Below are positions 44,243-57,801 of a stretch of DNA of 64,000 nt, one piece after another. Numbering within the stretch: position 1 is the first letter of the stretch; every line of letters begins with the position of its first letter. The notes under the pieces are model-generated. The model was not told where the DNA came from and ran no database searches. It saw nothing but the letters and a program-made list of their open reading frames with translations. The DNA comes from Octopus vulgaris (Eukaryota). The position numbers and the translations under genes are program-made. The DNA lies in assembly GCA_951406725.2 (NCBI GenBank), contig OX597821.1, positions 67,394,001-67,458,000 on the forward strand, in the 5' to 3' direction.

Positions 44243-44631
44243 GCATTGTAGCTTATTCGAAAATGTTTTCCGAAGTAACGTCATTCATTGATTTTCTCGG
44301 ATCTAGTATCTAAATACATAGTAGATATGATGAGTCTTGTGCACAAGGGGATTTCCTCATCAGGAATTTATTTCGCTTCTTTATACTAACTTTTGTCAGG
44401 AACCTTCCAATTTATATCGATTGCAATTACATGCACTTTCAATGTCGAAACATTGTTTCGCTTTGATTTGTTTTGCTCTTTACCAGTTTTCTATGCTCCT
44501 GAACGAATACGTCTGGTTGAGTTACACTATACTGACTATATCATAGTATTTAGATTTGTTTTGTTGGTGGCGAATATTAATATTTGGTTTCGTCGATTTT
44601 GTATGGCGCACTAAGCTCACACATTTTTGTT

Positions 44632-44830
44632 CTTTTACTCTTTTATATGTTTCAGCCATTTGACAGCGGCCGTGCTGGAGCACCGCCTTTATTCGAAGAA
44701 ATCGACCCCGAGAGTTATCCTTTGTAGGCTAGTACTTATTCTATCGGTGTCTTTTACCGAACTGATGAGTTAGAGGGGAGTAAACACAGCAACATCGGTT
44801 ACCAAACAATGTGGAGGGACAAACACAGAT

Positions 44831-44892
<62 letters not shown>

Positions 44893-45150
44893 TTATGCAT
44901 ATATACATATATATATATTTATGCATATATACATATATATGTATATATACATACATATATATATATATATGCTGGCTTCTTTCAGTTTCCTTCTACCAGA
45001 TCCACTCACAAGGCTTAAGTCGTCCCGAGGCTGTAGTAGGATACACTTTCCCAAGGTGCCACGCAGTGAGACTGAACCCGGTACCATGTGGTTGGGAAAG
45101 CGAGCTTCTTCCCACACAGCTACGCCGGCGCTTCCACACACCCACGCCTG
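44632..45150 (-). mobile_element. SINE family B copy
   Basis: Reverse complement of 61298-61703 with expanded internal (TA)n. Confidence 0.88.
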
Positions 45151-45433
45151 TTTGAGTATGCTTATTTTGTCTGTTTTATTTGAATTAATTATGATTATGT
45201 TTTTCATATTGCAATGAGCTGGTACAGTTGTAACTCGATCTTGACCTATTTCTTTACAATAATTTATTTAACGATGATAAATGGAAAATGTTCACTTATG
45301 AAAGCTAGCAAATGCTTTGCTCTGTCAAATTTAAGATTTAATGAGAGACAGATCACGCTCGTAGAGATTCATGCATACATGTTAGTGTATATCATACACA
45401 TACATACGCGTATATATAAATATATATATATAT

Positions 45434-45482
<49 letters not shown>

Positions 45483-45526
45483 AGTGTGTGTGTAAATTTA
45501 TATATATATATATATATATATATACT

Positions 45527-45704
45527 TCCGGTCTTCCGGAGAACCACCCGGAAGATCTCCACGACAGTGGTGTGACGATTTCAAGAGGACGATTGGGATC
45601 ACGTGGATGAGAAAGGCGCGATCCAGAGAGGAGTGGACAGCGTGCTGTGACCAGCGGTGTCAAATGGACGCCTGACGGACTGGTCGGTCAAAGTGATCAA
45701 AGTG

Positions 45705-45706
<2 letters not shown>
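45527..45706 (+). mobile_element. RTE-clade LINE 3' end inserted in (TA)n
   Basis: [43 protein letters not shown] (RTE C-terminal GRP..RW.D..W...A..R..W), then tail ggtcaaagtgatcaaagtgat. Confidence 0.78.
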
Positions 45707-45788
<82 letters not shown>

Positions 45789-45977
45789 CTTTATTTAAAG
45801 CAACATAAAATTCAACAAAACCCGTTACTCTGAGTTTCCCGTTCCCGAACGGCAACGTGAAACTCAGAGTAACAGGTTTTGTTGAATTTTCTGCTGCTTT
45901 AAATAAAGCATATTACTCTACCACTGGTATTTGAGTACTCTTTTTTCCACCTTGTTTCACATTTATGTGTTTACTCC

Positions 45978-45980
<3 letters not shown>
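45789..45980. mobile_element. Miniature fold-back PLE-type insertion in (TA)n (arms 45789-45843 and 45855-45908, one-sided extension to 45980)
   Basis: ~55 bp imperfect inverted repeat containing GAAA-CTCAGAG-TA, resembling a hammerhead 3' half. (TA)n on both sides. Confidence 0.7.
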
Positions 45981-46045
<65 letters not shown>

Positions 46046-48687
46046 TTATGCGAATATTTTATGTGCATGTGCAAGTAATTTCTGCTATAAATCAGGACGG
46101 TCATTCTGCAAATAGAATCAAACGCGTTGGTCGACATTCATAAATTATTTCATTGATTTATCAAGTATTTCTGTTACACATCTGTGTCTATGTCAATTAG
46201 TGCTTGACTTTACTGTTTTACTTGGTACGTTCATCATTATCATCATCATCATCATCATCATCATCATTATCGTCATCATCATCGTCATCATCATCATCTT
46301 TATCATCATCATCATTATTATTATTATTATTATGAAGAAATGAAAGGAATTTCTTGATTATTTTGTAATTACACATTGTCCGCGAGTGCTACAGACATCT
46401 GAGTTACATAATGGATATAATATTTTCAATACACTTGATGATTGCACAATGTCGAGAAGTCCTATGACTAGATAATAAAAAAGAAACGTGATCGATAAAA
46501 CTTCTATAGAATTATGAAATTTACGGCCGTATTGTTTTTCATAAAATATGTATTGTACAGTGCTCATCCGCGCTATTTTTGGTATTCCTTTTAAGCATTG
46601 TTTTCCTCCTGCTGACGTTCCAAACTTCACGAGTAGCTGAAATGAGATGAGGAATAGAGAAGCTTCACTAATATAACTAGTTTCAATGCTGATAGGACGA
46701 AAGATAGTCAGCAGGTCAGACGAATTAAGACAAGACATCGCAAGAGACGTGCATTTAGTGAAAATGCAGTTAAGAATTTCTTGGACGTGAAATACCAAAG
46801 TTGCATTATTAGGACTTTGGTGCATGCTCTTATACACGAAATATACAAGACTGTTCGAGATTAGCTCTTGGACAGACTACGAGGTGGCAGGGTCATTATA
46901 ACATCGGGCAGAATGTTTTGCTGTATTTGTCTGACAGTCTGCAGTCTGGCTTCAAATCTGACAAAGGTTCGAGTTTGCCTTTAATACTTTGCAAGTCGAT
47001 AAATGGAATTTCATTCCAGTGCTCAACTGGTTTCAAAGACTTCCATAGAAGTGAGGATCGGTCGTTAATGTTTTCATGCAAAACAAACCATTTTTATGTT
47101 GATCTTAGATACTGGCACTCTTTAAACAACAGCGGCAACTGCTACTTAATTACTTTAAATGGCCGCATATTAGTAAATTTTGACTATGTCGTCTTGCCAA
47201 AAAAGTCGTCCCTTATGTGTTGAGTTGCTTTTGGTTCCTGCGACATCCTGCTCGGAGTATGAAGCTGTCAGGGTATGTCAACACACAGGAACATCGATGC
47301 CATAATGCTTCCAGACTCCGAAGAAAATCAAGGACAGCACAATGCTAAAGGAATACGAAGTGTTCAGAGGAACAAGCTTCATCCACGATATTTCGGTGAT
47401 TTTCCCACCTGTCATCACAGATTTTAGCTAACAGCCTCAGTCACTGTAGCAAAGACGTTGCAAGGTTATTGCTGGCAGAAATTGGTTGAATGGACGCTAA
47501 ACTTGAAAGATAGTGCTGAGGTGATGACTGCATTCATCTTAGTCATTCGTTCAGCGAGGTGGCTGTATTTATTGCCAGATTTTTGAAATCTGTTGGATAA
47601 TTTGATCTTCCACTTGCCGTAGTGGCGCTAAATTCGGCTCTTAAGCAGTTCATGAGATAACAACTTCCAGGCATTCACTGTAGCATGTTTAATGATTTCT
47701 ACGGCTGAGGAGTGTGACTGTTGTTCGTCAAGCATGTTTTCCACAATTCTTCTGTTTGACGGAGTTGCACTTATGTGTCACTCGAAATATATAACTAAGT
47801 AGCTAGCATATGGTATATAGTCAAGCTTCCTCAAATCTCTACAAGGCGAACGTTTACTTCAACCCTTGCATTCAATAGAATTTGCGGAAGTGTAACATTC
47901 TCAAAAAGATGCAAGCGTCTAGGAATACTTGGGGAATAGGTTGATCAGGAGGACTTTCAGCCTGAGGAATAGGGACGATAAAATATGTCCCGAGAGTTCT
48001 CTTAATATGAGGCAAAATAAATTCGAAATAGATTCTCCAGTAAGTGAAGTGACATCTGGTATCCGCGTGATTCACACCCAGCATTAAAGTAGCTTTTACT
48101 CTTTCAATATCCAAGCATTTCTGACTTCTGCAATTATATAAAACAGTTGTTATTGCTTGTAGGACAGGTTTATTCTATCTTGAAAATTGTTTCTGCGACC
48201 TTCTTTGGCTAGGAAGAACAGGATGTGTACCTCTATATTGATATTGCTTGCACAGAGAATGTTGATCACGAGATATTGTCCTTTAAGTAGACACTTGAAC
48301 TTCTTCAAATTTCGATTGGAGGTAAACGTGGCAACGAAAAGGAGACTGCGTCTCTCCCTTAATAGCAATAACAATAGCGGCAGAGTATTATCATTGCTAA
48401 GGTGAGAGAAGTACATTGTAAAGGCAGGGCTCATGAAAGAATTTGGGAGACGCAGATTGCAAGGAAAATGTGATATTCCATTAATTAAAAAAATTATGGG
48501 TTTCGGTGCGCCTTAAAAGGAAAAGTTAGTAAACATTTTTGATATGTAGCACGAAATGTGTTTCATATCTGAAGGTAGGGTGCAAGTCTGATCTCCAAAC
48601 CCAAGGAGGACGTGAGGTGATAGAAAGTTTTGGTACAACATATATATCCAATTAGTTTGTTGCCGCATTATACGGGGAGGTAGGTGG

Positions 48688-48900
48688 GGAGCTGGCAGAA
48701 ACGTTAGCACGCCAGGCGGAATGTTTAGCTTTATTTCATATGCCGCTAAGTTCTGAGTTCAAATTCCACCGAGGTCGACTTTGCCTTTCATCCTTTCGGG
48801 GGTCGATAAATTAAGTACTAGTTGCATACTGGGGTTGATCTAATGGACTGGCCCCCTCCCCACAAATTTCAGGCTTTGTACCTAGAGTAGAAAAGGTTAT
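48688..48900 (+). mobile_element. SINE family A with alternative tail (cccc..aaatttcaggc.ttgt.cct..agaaa)
   Basis: Same head and body as 59605, different 3' end. Older copies at 5700-5860-, 15650-15852-, 18490-18650-, 19988-20190-, 22178-22325+, 32065-32212+, 49860-50015+. Confidence 0.85.
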
Positions 48901-49183
48901 AAGGGAAGGTGAAAGAAGCTTTTAGCTCGTCGTGAATGCTGTTGGATTAGTACAAGATGGTGTTGGGGACGGAGGTTATGCATATGCTTCGATGGGATTG
49001 TGAGAATATGAAAATCCTCATGATCCCTGAAGACCACAAAGCTATAACAAAATTGTCCTTCATTGCGAAGCAGAAAGAAATCAATCAGAGTTGCGTTAGA
49101 GGAAAAAAATTCATTTTCTTAAACGTGCGGAATTGTAAATGATTTGAGGAGAATTCTATTCCGAGAAGCTCCAGAACTGACGC

Positions 49184-49251
<68 letters not shown>

Positions 49252-49731
49252 GCAAAAATAATAAAGTGAATTGGAACCAAAGGCAGCAAGAGCAGAAATC
49301 CAAGAAAAAATATTTTTCTCTAAAGCATTTTCTGATGCAGCTCAGGATTTGGCTCATAATATTACTTCATCCTTACAGTTAGGTTTCGAAAACCAGTAGA
49401 TCGAGAGTACATTCCCTCTAGTAATAGTCCTCGTTTTGAGACAGGGGGAAATCAAATTGAGTTTCGCGAAAAATAAAAAGGGGTAAGAACAAAAAATAAA
49501 CAAGGAAGGGGAAAATTTAGGAGGAAGGAAATGTTACTGCGGCACGAGATGCACATTTTTTTCAGGAAAGTACCAGATGAAGGAGGAAATAGATTATTTT
49601 GTTGAGAAGAGGGGAACACGTAAAACATATTAGAGTGACAGCCAAAATACTATCTCTGAATAGGTCTCCATACGTAGAGAAACACAAAGCATGCAGAAGG
49701 AATCGAAATCTAGTCCTGTACCTTATTTACA

Positions 49732-49830
49732 CTATTTACATTATTTACATTTGATGGATATTTGTTCTCATCTTGTTTGTTGTTAACACAGCGTTTCGGC
49801 TGATATACCCTCCAGCCTTCTTCAGGTGTC
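49732..49830 (-). mobile_element. PLE-type terminus with hammerhead motif (49786-49829)
   Basis: Minus strand ACAC-CTGAAGA-A-GGCTG(GAGGGTATAT)CAGCC-GAAA-CG-CT-GTGT. The sister copy at 51808-51884 has CG-TT-GTGT. Confidence 0.7.
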
Positions 49831-50734
49831 GTGGTGGGGAAATCCATCTTCATCTTCTGGGCAGAAATTCCTGCGAGGTTGACTTTACTTTCTATCCGTC
49901 CGGGTTGGCAGTGGGGGGGGGGGGGGTAAGGGTCGTTAAAAAAATCTGCCGTTCAGCATCGGGATTTACCCCTCCTCCCAAAATTACTAGCCTTCTGCCA
50001 GAATTAGAAAATTATTATTGTTCTTGTTGTTATTGTTGTTGTTGTTGCTGTTGTTGTTGTTGTTGTAGTTGCCGCTGCTAATGTTGCTATTCTTGTTGTT
50101 GCTGGTGTTATGTCATGAAAATTATTTTAGCGTTTTGATCGAAAACTCTAACCAGATGAAACGACAAGTCTCGTTAGATGTTTAACTATCTCACAATAAA
50201 TAACATTCAAGAAATATGACTGCCAGCCAGTTCCGGTCGTTCGCTGCATTTCCGCTGTATATTATACATAAATCAAGATCAATCTGAAAAGGTTTCCAAA
50301 GAGTTTTAATGATTTCAGTATGTGGTCAAGCGATAAGTGAAAACTTTTGAAATTATTGTCACATTATATTGTGATGAAATATATCATACAGAGACACACA
50401 ACACTAAACTATACCAAATTTTATGAGACTTTACAAGCTAATCCGGCTTTCGTTCCATCTCTCCCCCTTCGTCATCCCACTCCATATCCTCATTCTAGCC
50501 TTGTATCTCCTCTACCGACACCTTCGTGGGAAGGAATGAGCAAATACCGTTTTAGACGTTTCTATGCGCCTTCAGCATTCTGTGACGCGTTGTTTTTACT
50601 CACTTCAAAAAGTTTAAACTTATCGCTCACAAAATAAGTTCAATAAAACGGTTTTTTTGATCTTATGTTGCGTTGGCAGTATTAGTCACACAGATGTTTA
50701 AAAAATAGAACTGTGTACGTAAATTGCTACTACA

Positions 50735-50835
<101 letters not shown>

Positions 50836-51025
50836 AGACACATATTCGAACTCATAGAAATAGTTTTTAAATATATAGGTACGTACATAATTGGGTGAGT
50901 GTGTGTGTGTATGTGCACATTTTATACATATGCACGCATTGATTACATGTATATATCCGTATATGTATGTGTATGTATATATATATATGTATCTGTATGT
51001 GTGCATATCTCTCTTTCTCTCTCTC

Positions 51026-51092
<67 letters not shown>

Positions 51093-51095
<3 letters not shown>

Positions 51096-51380
51096 GACAC
51101 AGTAGTGCAATAGTCTGGGTTTCAAGGGTCCGCAATTGTTCAACATCCTGCCAGGCAACCTTAGAGATTTACATCATGTTGATGTGGAAGTTTTCAAGGA
51201 ACGTTTGGACAGGTTTCTCTCTGAGATACCAGATGAACTCACATCGCGGCAGGAGACGTAAAAAAGACCAGCTCCGTCCAACTCGCTACTTCACCAAAAA
51301 CAATAGCTGAAACAACACCGAGTCGCTACAGGTGGTGCATGACCAGTTCCGGGCTGAAACCAGCAACAGGAAAAAAAAAA
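51093..51380 (+). mobile_element. CR1-clade LINE 3' end
   Basis: CNSLGFKGPQLFNILPGNLRDLHHVDVEVFKERLDRFLSEIPDE..SNSLLHQ, with short 3' UTR ggtggtgc..ctgaaacc. Confidence 0.82.
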
Positions 51381-51451
51381 GATAGAAGATGGATGTATGC
51401 ATGTGTGTGTGCATGTATGTATGTATGTATGTATGTATGTATGTATGTATG

Positions 51452-51503
<52 letters not shown>

Positions 51504-51807
51504 TGTGTGTGTGTGTGTGTGTGTTTAACTTATTATTCGGAAGTGAGGGGCTCTAGCTAAATTTAATTACTGAGTTCTCACACTCTCAGTAATTAACGTC
51601 CTTTATTAGTGTCGATTATATAGACCAACAAAAATTCTTTTTCCCGTCAAAGTTTTGGATCTTAACAAATGGCATCCAGAAATGACATCCATATATTACC
51701 GTTCACATCAAGATTTTAAAATATACGATCCATGTACGTAAAGTTTTTTCAATAAAGCAGCTTAGAAGAACATAGTTCTATATTGAAGAGACGAAGAATT
51801 ACGTACA

Positions 51808-51934
51808 TTATTTACATTATTTACATTTGGCAGATATTTATCCTCATCTTGTTTGTTGTTAACACAACGTTTCGGCTGATATACAACAAACAATAAGAGG
51901 ATAAATATCCGTCAAATGTAAATAATGTAAATAA
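51808..51934. mobile_element. Miniature fold-back of a PLE-type terminus (inverted arms 51808-51858 and 51884-51934)
   Basis: ttatttacattatttacatttggcagatatttatcctcatcttgtttgttg versus caacaaacaataagaggataaatatccgtcaaatgtaaataatgtaaataa. The loop holds the 3' half of the hammerhead seen at 49786. Confidence 0.75.
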
Positions 51935-52109
51935 CAAGCCATAATTGATATACATAGAAATTGGGTTATCTTCAAAACCAGAAAATTGTCTTAAAAATCT
52001 ACCGAAAAACTTGTTAAAATTTTAAGATTTCTACACATTAATTTTATCATTTGCACCTATCTATTTGATCATGAATTTACGTTTTGCTTATTTCATTGTG
52101 TGCCGAACA

Positions 52110-52850
52110 TGAAGAAGGTCATGTGTCAGGTTCCCAAATAGACCGCCACTATAAGCAAATCCGATATGCCTTGATACCTTTGTTCCATTGATTTTATGTC
52201 CTTAGGAAAACATTCTCCCTCCTCGTCACTTGAGTTACCAAGATTTTCAGGGAATTTATCAAGGTGGCTTTTTGCTCATATTCGCTCCAAAGTTTAAAAA
52301 ATTTCCCAGCATGTCGAATATTTCGCCATAGTTGGCTGCCGAAATATTCTTGTTGCTCAGAAAGTTATTTACAACTAATTCCATGCTGCCACTTCAATGC
52401 ATTTTCCCATCTTTTCTCAATTTTCTGATTTCAGGCGCCTTTAATAATACAGCTTTTATCTTTCCACTGCTCTGACAGGGAAATGTACTGCAGGTATAGT
52501 AAAAACATCTTTAACTAGAGTTTTAACTCACTCGTCACCAAGGTTGTTATGGATGATTTTTCTCGGTTGTGCTAAAGTTTCCTCAAACCATATTAAAAGA
52601 CCCCTGGCTCTCTTGATCCACACTTATCAAAAGCATGGATATTTGGTGTATTCACTCTGCTGCTCCAGGAAAAAAAAGTGACCAGCTTAAAGTCCACACA
52701 TATCACCCACTGATGACTAGGGATTTGGGTATTTTGAAATCTAGACGTGATGGTAGAAAATTAATTCCAAGTTTTTGATTCAGAATATCAAAAATCCTTC
52801 AAATCAAGTAAAAATGTCCCGGCAGCAAAATACCTGTCGGATTGTGTTAT
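52110..52850 (-). pseudogene. Chapaev3-like (CMC) DNA transposase remnant
   Basis: Minus-strand pieces HQWVICVDFKLV, EQQSEYTKYPCF, APEIRKLRKDG and HLDKFPENLGNSSDEEGECFPKDIKSMEQRYQG, against the family consensus HLDFFPENLGAVSDEQGERFHQDI. Confidence 0.8.
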
Positions 52851-52964
52851 CCATTTTAATTTGATGGTCAAATTTATTGTAAGTACATGCTGCATTTCAG
52901 GATCTTTCAGTTAACCGGTGTCTAAAGTCATTGATGCAATTATATTAATACACTTTCATTTCAG

Positions 52965-53044
52965 TTTGATGCAAGTGGCACGGACTAATATCTCTTCATC
53001 GAAGCATGCTGCACTCCATGGCGAATGCAGTATTATCTGTGCAG
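52965..53044 (+). CDS. Candidate 80 nt exon (LMQVARTNISSSKHAALHGECSIICA)
   Basis: cactttcatttcag acceptor, CAG/gtaaat donor. Only phase-2 entry is free of stops. Confidence 0.42.
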
Positions 53045-55074
53045 GTAAATATATAGGCTAATAAATTCATAGTCATTGAGACTTCATGAGACCGAAACCA
53101 GAAGAAGGGAGTTTGATACAACCCGTTTATACTCAGAGCATTATCCGAACAGGACGTATTCACCTTTGTCAAATGTGAATAAAATACAAAATCATTCTTT
53201 AGTATCCTCTGTACAGTGTTGCATTAAAAATCATCATTGGTAAGAATATGTTCTGTTGTTGAGTTCATATATATGTGCAGTAAATTATATAAATCCTCAT
53301 AATGTTGCTAGTTTGTAGGCCTATGGACATAGATATTACAATTACCCTTCCATTGCCTGGTTTTATTTCCTTTTTGTTACTCTGTCAGATCATAAGTTTA
53401 CTGACGAGAATGTCTGTGATTGCTAGGCCAACGCCAGTTTCACTTACTAGAGTATATTCATTTCCTGATCAGGAAAAAAAAGCTGTTTTTATTCTCTCGT
53501 AGCAGTTCTCTAACAATTAGTTAAGATTTTGACCGTACAATAGTGCCTAACTATAGTACATCAATTGCTTATCAGCTGCTGTACTTATTGAACGTACTAA
53601 GAATGATACTAACTAAATATCATCTCTACAACCTACTGAGGTTTTCACAATTCATGAGGGCTCATCCGGAAAATATAGGTTGGTATCGTTTAGAATGTCC
53701 AAATGTCTATGAAAATTTAAGAGGCGCTTCCAAAGCACATCTCTAAACATTATACCTCTCTGATCCCAGCATGCGTCTCAGATTCCATTTCAGTCACTCA
53801 GTAATGTCACTGCAAAACTACTTAGATTGTTTGGATTGTCAAAATGTATGTCAGTGCTGGGGTTGCTATTACAAAAATCGTTGCACCGAAAGTAAGCAGC
53901 GGGTTAGCTATCTCCAGAAATCTCATTGCATTTAGAAAATGAATGTAATTTCACTTGAAATATTTTCTTCATTTTCATTCATTCTTGAAACAGTCTTGAA
54001 AATTATTCAACCTTATTTGAATTACTTTTCAAAGGATAATGTCATTACTGCTTCAAGAAGCCATCATTTTGTTTATTTGCAAATTAATAAGAAAATATTT
54101 CAGTTTCTGCATATGGTTTCTAAGATTCTTGATGTGAACCCTTGTGTTGAAACATATTTTGTTCTATCTCTGGAGGTTTATCATGCCAGTAAAAATGAGA
54201 CGCACTGGTTCTTTATTTTTATTAGTCTATAGGTTCAACATATCACTAATTAACTATCCAATAGTCCGGTGAATCAGTCAATCACCTGGATTTGTCAAAG
54301 TCCTTTCGTCGCCATTCATGCCATCATCAACGACATGACCTTCACGGAGTAGAAAGTGTCAGTTATTGACGAGATAGGGAATGGTGAAGAAACGACATTG
54401 ACAAACTTATCTGATAACTGAGTGAATGATTAATCAATCGTTAACTTAATTGCTTAGATATTCTAAGTTCACTAATAACAACGAAAACGTAAAATACAGG
54501 TGCATATATTTATTATAGGTGTAATGGCTCTGACAACATACAACAGTATATGAAACTATTTGTTTGCAAAGCAAAATTTGCCTTCCCTGTCTAGCCATGT
54601 AAAAAGAAACCTGGAAGCAATTAATTACTTTTCTATGTTAAAATTTTGTATTAAATACAAAAAAAGAAAAACACTTTCGACTTGATTTCGCGTTATAAAT
54701 CCACAAATTTGGAAAGCAAAATGCAAACACGTCTACATGGGAAAAATACAGCACATTGTTTATCATTGTTGTTGTTGTTTTTATCATCATCATCATTACT
54801 ATTAATATTTTAAGTACTGCTAGTTGTTCTTGTTTTAAATATGAAAATAAGTAATCAAGACAAAATTACACATAAATGGAAAACATAATGCGCAAGTAAA
54901 TATATTAACAAGAGAGACTGAATTTTTAAATATTTGATTTGTAATCAGGATTAAGTAGAAATGTTGTAACTAACACAGGAAATGATTGTACAAATAGAAA
55001 TATTGAATTAATTCTAAATCGTTCTACCGTTTTTACAGCTTAGTATCCTATGATTATCTTTTACGTATACACGC

Positions 55075-55130
<56 letters not shown>

Positions 55131-55173
55131 CTACACATACACACACACACGTATATATATATACATACATACA

Positions 55174-55205
<32 letters not shown>

Positions 55206-55256
55206 GATATATAATGCATGTATACATGTACATAGATACGTATGTATATGTGTATG

Positions 55257-55304
<48 letters not shown>

Positions 55305-55349
55305 TTTATATATGTATATATATACAGAGTAAGTTATATAAATATATCT

Positions 55350-55359
55350 ATAGACAGAC

Positions 55360-55447
<88 letters not shown>

Positions 55448-55471
55448 TGACAGACAGATAGACAGATAGAC

Positions 55472-55559
<88 letters not shown>

Positions 55560-55575
55560 TGACAGACAGATAGAC

Positions 55576-55671
<96 letters not shown>

Positions 55672-55672
55672 T
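55350..55672. repeat. (GATA)n/(GACA)n tract; similar tracts at 18203-18390, 39528-39640, 41095-41256
   Basis: Direct reading. Confidence 0.95.
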
Positions 55673-56252
55673 GATAGATCTCTTGATATTTGCATACACT
55701 AATTATAGTGACTTTATGCGTATAACGTATGAAATCGGTTTCATCTGTATATTTTCACATACCTATATATGTAGGTATGCATGTATGCATTCAAATATGT
55801 TCATGTATGTGAAAAAGACAGAGTGAAAGAGAGTGACAGAGACAATAACACAGACAGAAAATATCGTAAGTACATGTGTGTACGGATTTATTTTTGCTAG
55901 TTATGGTGTTCTCGAGATAACAACACATGTCTTGATGATGTGTATGCAGGCATGTGAAACAAGCAAGATGGAAAAGTCTCATAATTTATACATGATGTCT
56001 TACTAATGTGTATTTATGTGTACTAATGTATTCGTGCTCAGGATTTATGCTGCAGTAATTTATGTATGTGTGTATGAATATGTGTGCTCATTATGTAAGG
56101 ACCTATTTATTTTATGAATGGCAGCAATTTATTCGAATGAATGAATGAATGAATGAATGCATACGTGTATGTAATTAATGTTTTTTTGCGAAATATATTC
56201 ATGTCGCTGAATATGTAATGATTATTAATTAATACTGATTTTTAAAGACGCT

Positions 56253-56338
<86 letters not shown>

Positions 56339-56372
56339 ACGACTTCGGGTCAATTTGTTCGACTATAAGCGG

Positions 56373-56633
56373 TGCTCCAGTGGTTAGGGCAGCGGACTCG
56401 CGGTCGTAGGATCGCGGTTTCGATTCCCAGCGAAAACACCTAAAAGCTCCACGATGCTCCGGCAGGGGGTGGTGATCCCTGCTGTACTCTTTCACCACTC
56501 TTTCTCTCACTCTTTCGTCTATTGGCCTGCTCGCTTAGCCAGCGGGGTGGCGTCATTCGAAGGCTAAAACAATGCGAATGCATTGTGACCAGCGATGTGT
56601 AACAACATCTGGCGGTCTGGTCGGTCACCTGAT

Positions 56634-56641
<8 letters not shown>
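56373..56641 (+). mobile_element. tRNA-derived SINE (family C head, RTE-type tail 3)
   Basis: Head as at 6947. Tail tgtgaccagcgatgt..ctggtcggtcacctgatcacgtgat then (AT)n. Tail-only copy at 15220-15332 (-). Confidence 0.85.
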
Positions 56642-56677
<36 letters not shown>

Positions 56678-56681
<4 letters not shown>

Positions 56682-56820
56682 GGAGAATTCACAAAAGAAA
56701 AACAAAAGACAAAAACAGATGTATTAGAATAACGCTCGGGAAGTGAAAACGTCTTTAATGTTTCGAGCCTACGCTTTTCCACAGAAAGGGACACAGAAGG
56801 AGACAAGGAGAGAAAATTAT
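56678..56820 (-). mobile_element. PLE-type 3' terminus with degenerate hammerhead (56753-56788), abutting (TA)n
   Basis: Minus strand CTTT-CTGTGGA-A-AAGC(GTAG)GCTC-GAAA-CA-TT-AAAG. Confidence 0.6.
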
Positions 56821-57114
56821 GAATATGTAGATTTAATTATAAATTCGAACAATTTTATGCCTTATGGTCTCATATATTAGATTTGTCAAGTATTTAACGT
56901 TTAATAGTTCTGATTCTACTACTACAAAACTACTATATATATATGTATATATATATATTTATGAGTGCACGTACCTAAGTATAAGTAAAAATTTATAGAA
57001 CACGAGGAGCTAATAAGCAAAACTTAACTGCAAATTACAAAATTTGTTTCTCCACCTCACACAACATTTAAGTTGCTGAGCAAATTAAAGCTAGGGTAGG
57101 AAAAGATGCTAAAC

Positions 57115-57330
57115 ACAAGGAGCTAAATACAGAGAGGACAAACAAGGACAGACAAGCGGATTAAGTCGATCACATCGACCCCAGTGCGTAACTAGTACTT
57201 ATTTAATCGACCCCGATAGTATGAAAGGCAAAGCCGGCCTCGGCGGAATTTGAACTCAGAACGTAACGGCAGACGAAATACGGCTACGCATTTCGCCCGG
57301 CGTGCTAAAGTTTCTGCCAGCTCGCCGCCT
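57115..57330 (-). mobile_element. SINE family A copy
   Basis: Aligns to 59605-59822. Confidence 0.88.
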
Positions 57331-57801
57331 TGACAACAAGCCTTTCTATGACTGGATTAACCACAGTCTCCACCAGAACCGTGTGTGTTTAGTCTAAATC
57401 CTGTTCATTAGTTGTTGGATAAATTTCGGTATACAGACGCAATCAAAACGTCGTCTGTGTCTCTTTTAGTAGGCCGCAGCTTCATATTTTCCGTTGCAGC
57501 TGTCCATGCCACGTCTTACAGGCTTTATAGTAAGCATTGAGCAAGATTCATGGCATTGGCAGGTTGATACTTGTTTCCTTTTCAATATTCATATGGCGTC
57601 CAGTTCTCCAAGTTAACCAACGTTTTCTCAATAACAGTTTAATCTTTATTCTTTACATCGCCATTGACTGTTCATCAAGTTGTTTCTGAAAAAAAAGGAG
57701 CTATAAAAATTCACCAAAATTGTGCATTATTCATATACTCTGAGACAAATTGTTAAAGAGAGAGAAAGAGATTTAGTCGTGAAAGAGTCGTTAATTTATT
57801 A

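Noticed and set aside
46358-48350. Possible very old L2/CR1 LINE on the minus strand (DIERVKATLMLGV, TVNAWKLL)
   Set aside because: Only faint motif resemblance, with no recognisable catalytic motif by eye. Needs a profile search.
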